Notes: a model not told the origin generated them from the letters alone. A stretch of DNA of 64,000 nucleotides from an uncultured virus (IMG/VR IMGVR_UViG_3300024252_000008) (IMGVR_UViG_3300024252_000008), one strand, 5' to 3'; numbered from the stretch's first letter, positions 18,892-28,003 are shown. Made by a program: numbers and translations.

Positions 18892-20526
18892 TTATGGTGT
18901 AATTAATTGTTTAGCCTTTTCTTCTTGTTCAGCTTTCAAACAAAGGGCTTTAATTTGCTGTTTAGAAGCGTTATTGGGTATCTTGACCTTATTACCCCAG
19001 GAAGGCCAGTAAATCTCTAATCCAGAGCTTATTTTAATCGTAGGATGCATTAGTTCAGGTAATTGCTGCCAAGCCATACAATCAATGAGATTATCATTGG
19101 CCCATTTGATCAGATCAGCATTATCTTGTCCCATGTAATAAGCTGCATCATGAATTGTAGCAGCAGGTAATATAGTGTAAATATATGGTGAAGCCCATAC
19201 TCTTTCTCTGAATTCATTCATTGCACGTTGGGTCAGGAAACAATATGACTGTGTAGCAGCATTTCCTGCACTCCTAGCCTCCTTTTGAGCTGCAAAGGGT
19301 ACTTTGACCTTCCCTACGGTTTTAGCGAGCAATGGGGTACGTATCCGGCCACCAAATGCTAAGGGAATGTATCCTATTTTTTTGGCTTGCTCTACAAGAT
19401 TATCAACCCATTTATCTGCTACGGTGTAAAGCTGGTGGTACATCTTTTCAATTTGTTTGGCTTGAGGTTTAGTAAATCCACAATTCTTCATTAAAGTATG
19501 AAAACTTCCCCCGTAGGTAAGTGCAAAGGTAGGGGCTTTAGAATCTTGTCTTAGATCAGGATAGAGTTTTTTAATGGAATTAATAGAAGTAACTGTTTCA
19601 ATAATACCATTCATTTTATCGCCAAAGTAAGAGAATGCCCGAAGACAGTGGCCACAAAAACCATCAGTATAGATTTTTAATTTATTTGGATCTTTAGTTA
19701 TTAGAGCATTTGTTTTATCTTCCAGTGCATCAAAGTCTGAACCAAAGAATAACCAACCAATAATCGGTTCGAAGCATTCTTTAATGATTTGAGCAAATAT
19801 TGAATGTGATGGAATATTTTGCAGATTAGGATCTGAACTGGATAGCCTTAAGCTTTGGGTCCCGCCAAGATTAAAGTTACCATATAACCGGTAACTACCA
19901 TCAGGTAATCTTTGTGCTTTCTCCATTGAAGGAATAAAAGTTGAAAGTAAGATACTGACATCAGCTAATTTAATAAGATGTTCAAATATTTCTTTATGTT
20001 CAGGAGTCTTGGCATGATTAATTAACTTCTCAATGGTACCCTTGCTGGTAGAGGCTTGTTTACCTTTTGTAAGATTGATTATATCGTAACCCATATAATC
20101 AAAGATTAAAGCCCTGAGTTGGGTATCACTGCCAGGATTAAATACTTCCCGGGCAATGATTGGATCAGTGATATCGTAAATTTTCTTTTTAGCTTTAGCA
20201 GTCATCTTTTCTGCTAATGCTATTAATTGAGTAAAATGAAAATCTTGGATTAATTTAGAATTATTAAAATAATCTAAACAGGTATGTTCAATAGAAACTA
20301 AATGAAGTTTAGCAAATTGTACTTTTTTTGGATTAATTGGCATGCCACACAGCTCAGTCTGCAAGAGAGTAATTACTGTTGGTTTAAATAATTCTTCATA
20401 TAGTTGCTCTTGTTGATCAGCTATCATTGTTGGTTTATGGGTCTCATTAACGTACCAGGTAGCCAAGCAATCTTGACCATTATACTTTAATAAATCTGGA
20501 GTTGCTATTTTTGCAGTAACACCCAC
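18892..20526 (-). CDS. Family A DNA polymerase, C-terminal fragment (ExoIII motif plus polymerase domain)
   Basis: KYNGQD (ExoIII), RLSSSDPNLQNIP, motif A SDFDALED, motif B RQDSKAPTFALTYG, motif C IHDA; GAGGTG RBS before GTG. Confidence 0.9.
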   Translation of the reverse strand: MGVTAKIATPDLLKYNGQDCLATWYVNETHKPTMIADQQEQLYEELFKPTVITLLQTELCGMPINPKKVQFAKLHLVSIEHTCLDYFNNSKLIQDFHFTQLIALAEKMTAKAKKKIYDITDPIIAREVFNPGSDTQLRALIFDYMGYDIINLTKGKQASTSKGTIEKLINHAKTPEHKEIFEHLIKLADVSILLSTFIPSMEKAQRLPDGSYRLYGNFNLGGTQSLRLSSSDPNLQNIPSHSIFAQIIKECFEPIIGWLFFGSDFDALEDKTNALITKDPNKLKIYTDGFCGHCLRAFSYFGDKMNGIIETVTSINSIKKLYPDLRQDSKAPTFALTYGGSFHTLMKNCGFTKPQAKQIEKMYHQLYTVADKWVDNLVEQAKKIGYIPLAFGGRIRTPLLAKTVGKVKVPFAAQKEARSAGNAATQSYCFLTQRAMNEFRERVWASPYIYTILPAATIHDAAYYMGQDNADLIKWANDNLIDCMAWQQLPELMHPTIKISSGLEIYWPSWGNKVKIPNNASKQQIKALCLKAEQEEKAKQLITP

Positions 20527-21191
20527 TATAACACCTCATTCATAATAAAATTTTGTAAATTATGTGCTACAATATAAGAATCTCTAGCTATAGCCGCTTT
20601 ATATTCGGAAGAGTGAAAACCTAAATGGATACGTTTTTTGTCAACATTAATATATGCTGCCCATAATTTAGTACGTTGGTAAAAACATACTCCAATATAT
20701 TTTGAATTGGTTTTCCTTCGTTTATAAGAATTACGAGTTTGTGTTATTTGGTCTACCCATCTACAATTTAATGGTGTATATCCTAATTTTCCGTTTTTTC
20801 TGTCTATAGTTAAATTAGCGTGGTATCCACTATTTAAAGCCCAAGTACGAAACAAAGTAAAATCTTCTAACCAAAGAGTACAGATTGTGATACCTTTTTT
20901 TCCATAATTTCTATAATTAGTATTTTTTGGATTTAAACAGCGTTGTTTCATATTTTGCCAAATACTGTGTAAACGGGTCCCAGTACCATTATGTTTATTA
21001 GCACAACCACAACTTTTAATACCTGCTATTTTACGTTTTATACTAGACATATGCATTACAGGGGTATTACCACAATCACAAAGTACTTTAAAATACCTTG
21101 AATTGTTTGCTCTTTCTGGTTCTTCATTAATGACTAATAATTTACCAAAACGTTTACCTACTAATTTTTGTTTCATTTTAAAGTACTCCAT
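20526..21191 (-). CDS. Free-standing homing endonuclease (HNH-like plus AP2) inserted in the DNA polymerase gene
   Basis: G.RFGKL.V, CDCG, SCGC, W..MKQRC, YG.KGI.IC..W, TIDR.N...GY.P.NCRW, AP2 C-terminus. Confidence 0.85.
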   Translation of the reverse strand: MEYFKMKQKLVGKRFGKLLVINEEPERANNSRYFKVLCDCGNTPVMHMSSIKRKIAGIKSCGCANKHNGTGTRLHSIWQNMKQRCLNPKNTNYRNYGKKGITICTLWLEDFTLFRTWALNSGYHANLTIDRKNGKLGYTPLNCRWVDQITQTRNSYKRRKTNSKYIGVCFYQRTKLWAAYINVDKKRIHLGFHSSEYKAAIARDSYIVAHNLQNFIMNEVL

Positions 21192-22134
21192 AATTACCCA
21201 TAAAAGGGGAAGACAGTTCTTTTAAACTTAACTTGTTTTGAATAGCATTATTAGTTGCAAGATAAGCTATTAGTTTCGTGTCTTCAAAGTTTTTAGTCAT
21301 AATTTTAATTCCTTTAATCATATTTTTATAATCAGCTAAATGTTGCATCCATAGATTATAAATTAAAACTTTATGATCATAATTTGCATTATGCCATATT
21401 GTTGTACCTTTGTACAACGTAAAAAACTTTCGTAACATGGTTTGTATTTGAATTTGTGTATTTGTGGTGTTGTCTCTTCCTACACAAAAAGCAATAAAAT
21501 TATGTTTATCCCAAGCAAAAGCTATTGTTTCTATCTTTGCTTTATAGAATTTTAAACTAGTTGCTTCAATATCACATGTTAATGCTGGATATTGCTGCAG
21601 ATCATGTAAAGCTGCTTTAATAGCGGATATAGTTTCTGGATAATAGGCAGAATGAATAACATTAGTTCCTGGAACTACATAAGTGTTGCCCACATGATCA
21701 ATGAGGGTTTCATTGGCTGTATCGATCTTACTTTGTATTGCAGGATTATAAAGTACTGATTGGTAGTTGGGTGCTAAAATAATATCTAAGTATTCATAAT
21801 CTTTAATGGCACATTCATAAATATGCCCATAACAGTCATTAACCTTTTTTAATTTGGTTAATATTTTAAAGTAAATTGGATCACAAACCAAAAGAGTAGT
21901 TACATTTAAAATACTTATTTCAGGCAGTAAGTCTTCAAGATATTCTTTAGCCAGTTTAGCAGGACATTTATTATTTAAAGTATATGCTAAATCAAAAGCT
22001 ATAAATTTTTCAGAAGGAATAGTTGATGGGGTTACATAAGCCCTTTGGATTGTACTTTTAGCAAAAGCCGTAGTTTTAATTAAAATAGCAATAGAAACTA
22101 AAGAAGAATCTGAACCAAAAAGAATATGTTGCAT
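21178..22134 (-). CDS. Family A DNA polymerase, N-terminal fragment (ExoI/ExoII)
   Basis: LTCDIEA (ExoI), HNANYD (ExoII), DTKLIAYLATN...LSLK...GNY matches N4-type polymerase N-terminus. Confidence 0.85.
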   Translation of the reverse strand: MQHILFGSDSSLVSIAILIKTTAFAKSTIQRAYVTPSTIPSEKFIAFDLAYTLNNKCPAKLAKEYLEDLLPEISILNVTTLLVCDPIYFKILTKLKKVNDCYGHIYECAIKDYEYLDIILAPNYQSVLYNPAIQSKIDTANETLIDHVGNTYVVPGTNVIHSAYYPETISAIKAALHDLQQYPALTCDIEATSLKFYKAKIETIAFAWDKHNFIAFCVGRDNTTNTQIQIQTMLRKFFTLYKGTTIWHNANYDHKVLIYNLWMQHLADYKNMIKGIKIMTKNFEDTKLIAYLATNNAIQNKLSLKELSSPFMGNYGVL

Positions 22135-22146
22135 AGTTACTCCTGT

Positions 22147-22320
22147 TTAAAAATCTGCAGTATGGGTTATTTGTTTTCCATTTTTCTCTGCAAGAACAAC
22201 TGTCACTTCCCAGGATTTTTTAGCTTTAAAAAACTTAGCAGCTTTTTCCTGAGCCTCTAAAGTCGTATTTGCGTATATTTCAGTTTGTTTCTTTTTATAA
22301 AAACACATATAACCATTCAT
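22147..22320 (-). CDS. Hypothetical protein (57 aa)
   Basis: MNGYMCFYKKKQTEIYANTTLEAQEKAA..., fills the gap in the operon. Confidence 0.55.
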   Translation of the reverse strand: MNGYMCFYKKKQTEIYANTTLEAQEKAAKFFKAKKSWEVTVVLAEKNGKQITHTADF

Positions 22321-22321
22321 A

Positions 22322-22519
22322 TTAAATAAAACCTTTATCTAAAGCTAACCATTCTGGCATTTCAATTGTAACTATATCCCCTACACCAGCTGGGTGTAAT
22401 AGTTCAATTTGAGATTTAGGTACCCAAATATTGCTGTCAAGATCATCAGTATCAGTTACCCTGTAAGCGGCATCTGTTTCTGTTAAAATTTCTACAGTTA
22501 TTTCTATAGGATCTTTCAT
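22322..22519 (-). CDS. Small conserved phage protein
   Basis: ETDAAY...WVPKSQI...MPEWLA..KG. Confidence 0.6.
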   Translation of the reverse strand: MKDPIEITVEILTETDAAYRVTDTDDLDSNIWVPKSQIELLHPAGVGDIVTIEMPEWLALDKGFI

Positions 22520-22641
22520 AGCTACTCCTGTTTAAAGTTGTGGCCTGTCTCGGTGGTAAAGCCTTAAGTATATCCAATGGTATAGGCCCTCACTGCATTG
22601 ACTCCTTATGGATTATATATACTTGAGACAGGCGTGATTAA

Positions 22642-23073
22642 TTATTTAATTAATTCACTCATTTCGTTGAGTTTTTCCAATTCATGAGGAAGAGATTCAA
22701 TAGGGATTAATCCTAATACCGCATTATCCAAAAGACGTTTACTAGCTGTATCAATAGCAGCCCATATATCATCTTTTTTTGCTACTAGTCTTTTATTAAA
22801 AGCTTTATTTGCTTTTTGTGTAGCAGTTTCCGGAAACTCGTAACAACGAATAAGTACTGCCATTGAGTCCGATGCGTAAGAACCGTTACCATCTTTTAAT
22901 TCTGTGTTTGATTTTAAAATACCTTTACCTGCTCGGATCAGCTCTAATCGTTCTTGCTGTGTGTAAGCTATTGGTTTACTTTTTGCATTAATAAAAGTAC
23001 TTATGGTTCCTTTAGTGCACTGTATAACTTGTGTAATTCTATTGGTTAAATGTTCAATTTCAAATTTTCTCAT
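22642..23073 (-). CDS. Hypothetical protein
   Basis: GGAG RBS, operon context. Confidence 0.5.
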   Translation of the reverse strand: MRKFEIEHLTNRITQVIQCTKGTISTFINAKSKPIAYTQQERLELIRAGKGILKSNTELKDGNGSYASDSMAVLIRCYEFPETATQKANKAFNKRLVAKKDDIWAAIDTASKRLLDNAVLGLIPIESLPHELEKLNEMSELIK

Positions 23074-23085
23074 GATTGACTCCAG

Positions 23086-23619
23086 TTATTTGGTTAATAG
23101 TAAACGAGTTAAACATAACTCATTAATATAAGCGATACTTTTTGCTGAGTGTTTTTGAATACTAGCAATCTCTTGATCCGAAAGTGGATCACCAGTATTA
23201 AATATATCTGGATCTACTGCTCGAATTTGAGTTAAAAAAGCATTAGGTAATAGGCGCTTTAAATCATTAACATGCTTGGCTTTCATTAAAACAGTGGAAA
23301 ACATATGACTGATGTGGGTTTTAATAGCAGTAGCATCAAAAGTATGTTTACTTAATATGTCAGATACTTGTTTTAATAAAGAAGGGTGTAGTTCTTTGTT
23401 TATTTTATTGGTTGGTACTGCAGAATCAATTGATCCATGCATTCGACCATTAAAAGTAAAAGAAGCTGTATCACACTTTAATAACAGTTGGTTTTCAATT
23501 GCTATTTTACAGAGTTGTTTAACTTCTGACTTTTCCTGAGCGGAATATAAGTAAGCAAGCATGTTATTTTGTAACTGTCTAATCATTAACATCCTAGCTT
23601 GGATTGGATTCATATCCAT
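23086..23619 (-). CDS. N4 gp38-like hypothetical protein
   Basis: Position after the helicase; LHPSL motif. Confidence 0.45.
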   Translation of the reverse strand: MDMNPIQARMLMIRQLQNNMLAYLYSAQEKSEVKQLCKIAIENQLLLKCDTASFTFNGRMHGSIDSAVPTNKINKELHPSLLKQVSDILSKHTFDATAIKTHISHMFSTVLMKAKHVNDLKRLLPNAFLTQIRAVDPDIFNTGDPLSDQEIASIQKHSAKSIAYINELCLTRLLLTK

Positions 23620-23630
23620 GGTTCAACTCC

Positions 23631-25882
23631 TTATGGTTTGTAACCTCCATATTTAGGGGGTAATTGGCCGTATAAATAGACCTGATGTTTACTGCGACTG
23701 ATGGCAACATATAGCATTCTCGCAACGTCTGATGCAACCCTGCATTTACTTATATCTGCCAGGTCAATAAATACAGTATTGTAGGACCTACCTTGGGCTT
23801 TATGCACTGTACTGGCATATGCTGGTCGGAGGTCAAACCAAGTCTCTTTAACACTGAAATAATCAGTCCATTCTTTCTGTGCAGCTAATGATTTTAAAAG
23901 TAATTTAACATCATGAGGATCATTTGCCATGAAACCAATTAATTTGCCATTGATTTCAATATTGCGTCCGCGTACTCCTAATCTTTCTCGTTCACTGCTT
24001 GCATCAGTAATTTTAACAAAACTATCTGTTTTATAAAAATAACCTCTTTCATTAAGGGCATTATTAGTAATTGCATATTCTCCAGCTTGTAGTAATTTGG
24101 CGTACCCGTTGATTTGACGGATATGAGCATTGTAGGCCTGTACTCTGGCATTGGTCCAAGCCAGTACTTTAATTGAATTGGTTACATAATTTGGATCCAT
24201 GAAAGCGGCATCTACTAATCTTTGAAACTTGGATCCAGTAACATGGGCAACAGTGGGATCTTGTTTAATTGGTTTAAAGATGCCTGTTTCAGCTGTCTCT
24301 CGGAATTGTGCACCCGTCTGCATGATGGCACCACTATTTCTTAAAATCTTATTCATTTTAACTTTTCTGAAATTAAGAGTGGACATGGTTGCAATCTTTT
24401 GTCCTACTGGAGCAAGTTGCCATTCATCTCCAATTAAAACTATTTTAGAGTTTTTAGCTGTAGCATCAATTTCTTTTAATAAGTTATCATCAATCATGCT
24501 GGCTTCATCAATTATAAATAATTTATTATAAAGAGGGGCATAATCTTTTTTACGTTCAAGTTCAGTTTTACCAGTTTTAATATTATTAACAACTTTTAAA
24601 CCAAGAAGAGAATGGATAGTAGTTGCATCACAGTTCGTTAATTCTTCAAGTACTGAGACTGCCTGGTTGGTTGTTGCTGAAACCCTTACTTCAAATTTAC
24701 TTTGTTTTTTATTGGTCTGCAGCAGGAGTGCATACATTTTATATTGAGCTTCCAGTGCTCTCATCAGATATTTAATAAGGGTACTCTTACCCGAAACATT
24801 CAATGTAAGGCGTTAATTTACATCAGTTCGTCAATGAACTTCTACATATTTCTATGCAGTCTAGATCATATCATCATCTCTATAACAATCTGTACATACA
24901 CCACCACGTAATACGGCGGGTGAATCAGATCTTCTACTAAAAACATTATTACAATATTTACATTGATATGTGACTTTTCTACGAGTACCTGAATGTGTAC
25001 TATAAATACTGGTAGTGATTAATCTATTATTTAATAAAGATTTTAATTTTTTTATAGTTTTAATTTTTTTAATTGTAGCAGTAGCTTTACCGCCTAATTT
25101 TTTTACCAAGTCTTGTCGGCCTTGATTAAACGAATGTTTCATATTTTCTTTATGAGTACACCATTCGATATTTGTATTAGGGCCATATAAGTCATTGGGA
25201 TCTATAAAATTATTTTCACCATTATTATCAATATGATTAATAAAAGGTTTATTATCAGGATTGGGAATAAAAGCAATAGCCATTAACTGATGTACTTGAT
25301 AACGTTTTGGTTTGGCGTTTACACTTAATGTAATTCTTCTGTAAGAAGTACATTTTCGTTTGCTTATTTCTTGTTTTAATTCTCTTATTCCTTTTCTGCT
25401 ACCATTAGGTAAAGAAAAAATTTTACCTGTGTTAGTAACTTGATATCTACCTTCATAGCCTTTAATGTCTCGAATCTGTTCTTGCATGATATTTTCCTTT
25501 ATTTATACGTTTAAACCTTACATAAGGTTTACTCTTTAATTTTAGGAAAATCAATGAATTATTTGTTATATAGAGTTCCGCACTTCGAGATCACTTGATC
25601 TCTATGGATTTCATTCCCCGTTCTGGGCAGTATATCCTGATCGTTGAACCTTCAAAGGAATTCCTTCCTAAGCTTGGCTGCTGATTGTCTTCACCATTAC
25701 GTGCTAAGAGTTTCCAGCAATTCACGGAATTTATTTTGAGAGGATTGCTCCTCAAAGGATGCTATAAGTTAACATCCAGCAGCTCCTTGGATTATCATGT
25801 ATTTCTCTTTTGGTTGATTAAGAAAATCAAGAAAAGAGTTAAGAGCATTATCTTGGTCTTGGGTCAATGTTATATTGGGCAT
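23631..25882 (-). CDS. RecD/Dda-like SF1 DNA helicase, spliced: exon1 25882-25772, exon2 24791-23631 (423 aa)
   Basis: Exon1 MPNITLTQDQ...IQGAAGC plus exon2 GKSTLI rebuilds Walker A; IIDEASM, IGDEWQL, YASTVHKAQG, LYVAISR. Confidence 0.9.
24792..25771 (-). mobile_element. Group I intron inserted within helicase Walker A
   Basis: P1 GGAUGU/GCAUCC; GAAUUGCUGGAAA, AAUCAGCAG, UUCAACGAUCAG, GAUAUGAUCUAG; omega-G. Confidence 0.9.
24861..25487 (-). CDS. Intron-encoded NUMOD4-HNH homing endonuclease
   Basis: IKGYEGRYQVTNTG, VHQLMA, INHID...NN...NIEWCT..EN..H. Confidence 0.9.
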   Translation of the reverse strand: MQEQIRDIKGYEGRYQVTNTGKIFSLPNGSRKGIRELKQEISKRKCTSYRRITLSVNAKPKRYQVHQLMAIAFIPNPDNKPFINHIDNNGENNFIDPNDLYGPNTNIEWCTHKENMKHSFNQGRQDLVKKLGGKATATIKKIKTIKKLKSLLNNRLITTSIYSTHSGTRRKVTYQCKYCNNVFSRRSDSPAVLRGGVCTDCYRDDDMI

Positions 25883-26107
25883 TGGTTACTCCTTATTTTA
25901 TCAGACGGGTAGTGGAACGGCTCCCGTATACCGGTTAACTTCTCGACTCCACCTGTGAGTTAACAGACCATTCTGTTAATATGTTAACTAAACTGTTTAT
26001 TTAAAAAATTAGCAGGGCATGAGTAAAAACTAAAGATATGTTAATTTCATTCGTTTAAAAAATATACTCTCTCCCCGATGGAGTGCCCTGCTAAACTGCT
26101 GTATTTA

Positions 26108-26713
26108 CTATGCTGCATCCTCGCCTAATAGATTATGGCACTTAGCTATTGATTTTTTTAAAAACTTAATTTGTTCCTGGGCAGACTTGTAAGCTGTCAT
26201 GAGATCGTTGTATTGGGCAATCAGATTATCATGAGCAGCTTTTTCAGTGACATATAATTCTTTATATGCAGGTTTGGCCGGTGGTAATGGTTTGGCATAT
26301 TTTTTAATAATGGTGTCAATCTGCCCTCGTTTGATTGGAGTCTTAAGCTGTTTGGCTTTAATAGCAATCTCTTTAAAAACTATTTTTTCTTTTTTAAAAC
26401 CACAATCTCTAAAAACTTTGGCTACAAGACCGATTCCATATTTAGTGGCTTCATCAGGAAATCTTAAGGCTGCTCTTATACTATCATCAAATGTACCTTC
26501 TCTCATATTGTAAACGCTCTCAAGGTAAACCTTAAAGCTGCTCTTTTTATATAGAGGATTTTCTTTATACCTTTTGGATGTTTTTAGGAAATATAAGCCT
26601 AACATTGCTTCTAATTTAAGACCCATGGACTTTTCAAAGTTCAGTTTAATTGATTTCTCAATCTGTGCAATAGTCTTTTTTTCATATTTCTGTTTTAGAT
26701 TTTTCTTTTTCAT
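26108..26713 (-). CDS. Basic helical protein directly downstream of the TIGR array (putative Tas-associated)
   Basis: AAGGAG RBS about 15 nt after array end; 201 aa, Lys-rich, C-terminal coiled coil. Confidence 0.65.
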   Translation of the reverse strand: MKKKNLKQKYEKKTIAQIEKSIKLNFEKSMGLKLEAMLGLYFLKTSKRYKENPLYKKSSFKVYLESVYNMREGTFDDSIRAALRFPDEATKYGIGLVAKVFRDCGFKKEKIVFKEIAIKAKQLKTPIKRGQIDTIIKKYAKPLPPAKPAYKELYVTEKAAHDNLIAQYNDLMTAYKSAQEQIKFLKKSIAKCHNLLGEDAA

Positions 26714-26743
26714 TTTATGAATTCTCCTTTAAAATTAATGTTA

Positions 26744-27103
26744 CGCAAACTCTTTATGTATTTCATGCATATAGTAGCTCGCACCCGCATTTTAGACTTC
26801 AGAATATTTTTGGCTCGTAGTTTGTTCATAGACTTCAATTGCATGGTAACTCGTATTTAATCCTTAGATTTTATTTTTCCTTTAACTCGTATATTGGTAG
26901 TAGATTTCAAGTCAATCGTAACTCGCATGAACATAATAGGTTTCAATCATCCTGTAACTCGCACAGCACAGATAGATTTCAGCATATTTCTAACTCACAA
27001 TCTCAGTATAGGTTTCATAGCCGGAGTAGTTTGTATTTTAACAACAGGTTTCAAACCAATTATGACTCGCATAATTTGCCTAGATTTCAATGTGTTAGTA
27101 GCT
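26744..27103 (-). ncRNA. TIGR-type array: 10 x 36-nt dual-spacer guide units
   Basis: Exact 36-nt period; minus-strand unit AGYYA-N9-TGAAAYCTA-N9-TRCG; loop repeats at 26757+36n (n=0-9); 20 different 9-nt spacers; starts 9 nt after the Nop-domain gene. Confidence 0.9.
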
Positions 27104-27111
27104 TTAATATT

Positions 27112-27981
27112 TTATGCTGCTATTTCTTTAGCAACCTTGGGATCAAAGTAAAATGGTGCTACATATCCTGTATGTCCCATGATTGTCATGGCATATGGCA
27201 GTGTTACATCTTTACCACTAAGAGTCCTGGCTACTGTCCAGAAGTGAGCCAGAAACAATTTAACAGTATTATTTTTTGATGCATTATAAATATGGCCTGT
27301 TGTCCAGCGAGTCTTTTCTGGTACCTTATGGTATTTGGCTCTCTCTTCCAACCATACTTTTTTATACAAATGATCTGGTTGTTGTTTGTTGAAGCATTCA
27401 CCGATGAGGAAGCCTAACTTCCTACCTGCTGCTGACCAGTTCATTTGCTCACCCTTTTTCTTTTTTCTCATGGCACCATCTCTAATATCACGACCCATGT
27501 AAGCCCACCATTTAGAGATATTTGCAAAATCTTTTTCTTCAGTTCGGTAATTTAAAAGGCCATCACCTTTAAGAGATTTCTCACATTTACTGCACCAGTA
27601 AGTATCGTTTATCTTTTCAATGTCGGTCTTACATTTAGAGCAGACAGGTATGAACCTATAGTAGTACAGCATAATTAGTTCAGCCGCAGTAACAGGACCA
27701 ATACCTGGGATATCTTTTAACCATAAATTCCATATATCCCAATGAATTAGTTCATTACCTACCATTCGGGCAATACGCCCTTTGATAGTTATAAGACCAA
27801 CTTCTTTATTTTTCCCATTGTCTTCTCCATGTAGAATATTATCAAATTTTACTGGATGGTCACCAGGAAGACTTTGGAGCCTGTTCTTAGTGGATGCAAT
27901 CACTTTTGTAACTGCCTGATAGGTTCTAATTAAATAATTCATGTATGCTATATTGGCTGTGTTTACGTTTAATTCTGACAT
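27112..27981 (-). CDS. Nop-domain/IS110-related RNA-binding protein (TasA-like, no nuclease domain), with CxxC-x12-CxxC insertion
   Basis: N-terminal coiled coil (RTYQAVTKVIASTKNRL), IPGIGPVTAA HhH, F.NISKWWAYMG, KKG..NWS, H...A....VKLFL.H.W; adjacent array. Confidence 0.85.
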   Translation of the reverse strand: MSELNVNTANIAYMNYLIRTYQAVTKVIASTKNRLQSLPGDHPVKFDNILHGEDNGKNKEVGLITIKGRIARMVGNELIHWDIWNLWLKDIPGIGPVTAAELIMLYYYRFIPVCSKCKTDIEKINDTYWCSKCEKSLKGDGLLNYRTEEKDFANISKWWAYMGRDIRDGAMRKKKKGEQMNWSAAGRKLGFLIGECFNKQQPDHLYKKVWLEERAKYHKVPEKTRWTTGHIYNASKNNTVKLFLAHFWTVARTLSGKDVTLPYAMTIMGHTGYVAPFYFDPKVAKEIAA

Positions 27982-28003
27982 TCTATGTCTCCTTATTAGT
28001 TTA

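Noticed and set aside
20526..21191. Group I intron or intein in the DNA polymerase
   Set aside because: No non-coding room for a ribozyme core; the endonuclease is out of frame, so not an intein
23933..23948. Self-target: spacers AACCAATTA and TAATTTGCC both match here (15 of 16 nt also at 32891)
   Set aside because: Same strand, overlapping by 2 nt and from different units, so wrong geometry. AT-rich GKLIG codons make chance likely. I found no full 18-nt self-target by eye, but the search was not exhaustive.
26744..27103. CRISPR array
   Set aside because: Repeats and spacers are only 9 nt, with two alternating repeats, and no cas genes are present
26839..27279. Plus-strand 146-aa and 85-aa ORFs over the array
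   Set aside because: Antisense to the operon. Their 12-aa periodicity is a by-product of the 36-nt repeat, and the variable 9-mers show no codon conservation.
27112..27981. IS110 transposon
   Set aside because: No N-terminal RuvC-like DEDD domain; flanked by a guide array rather than IS ends
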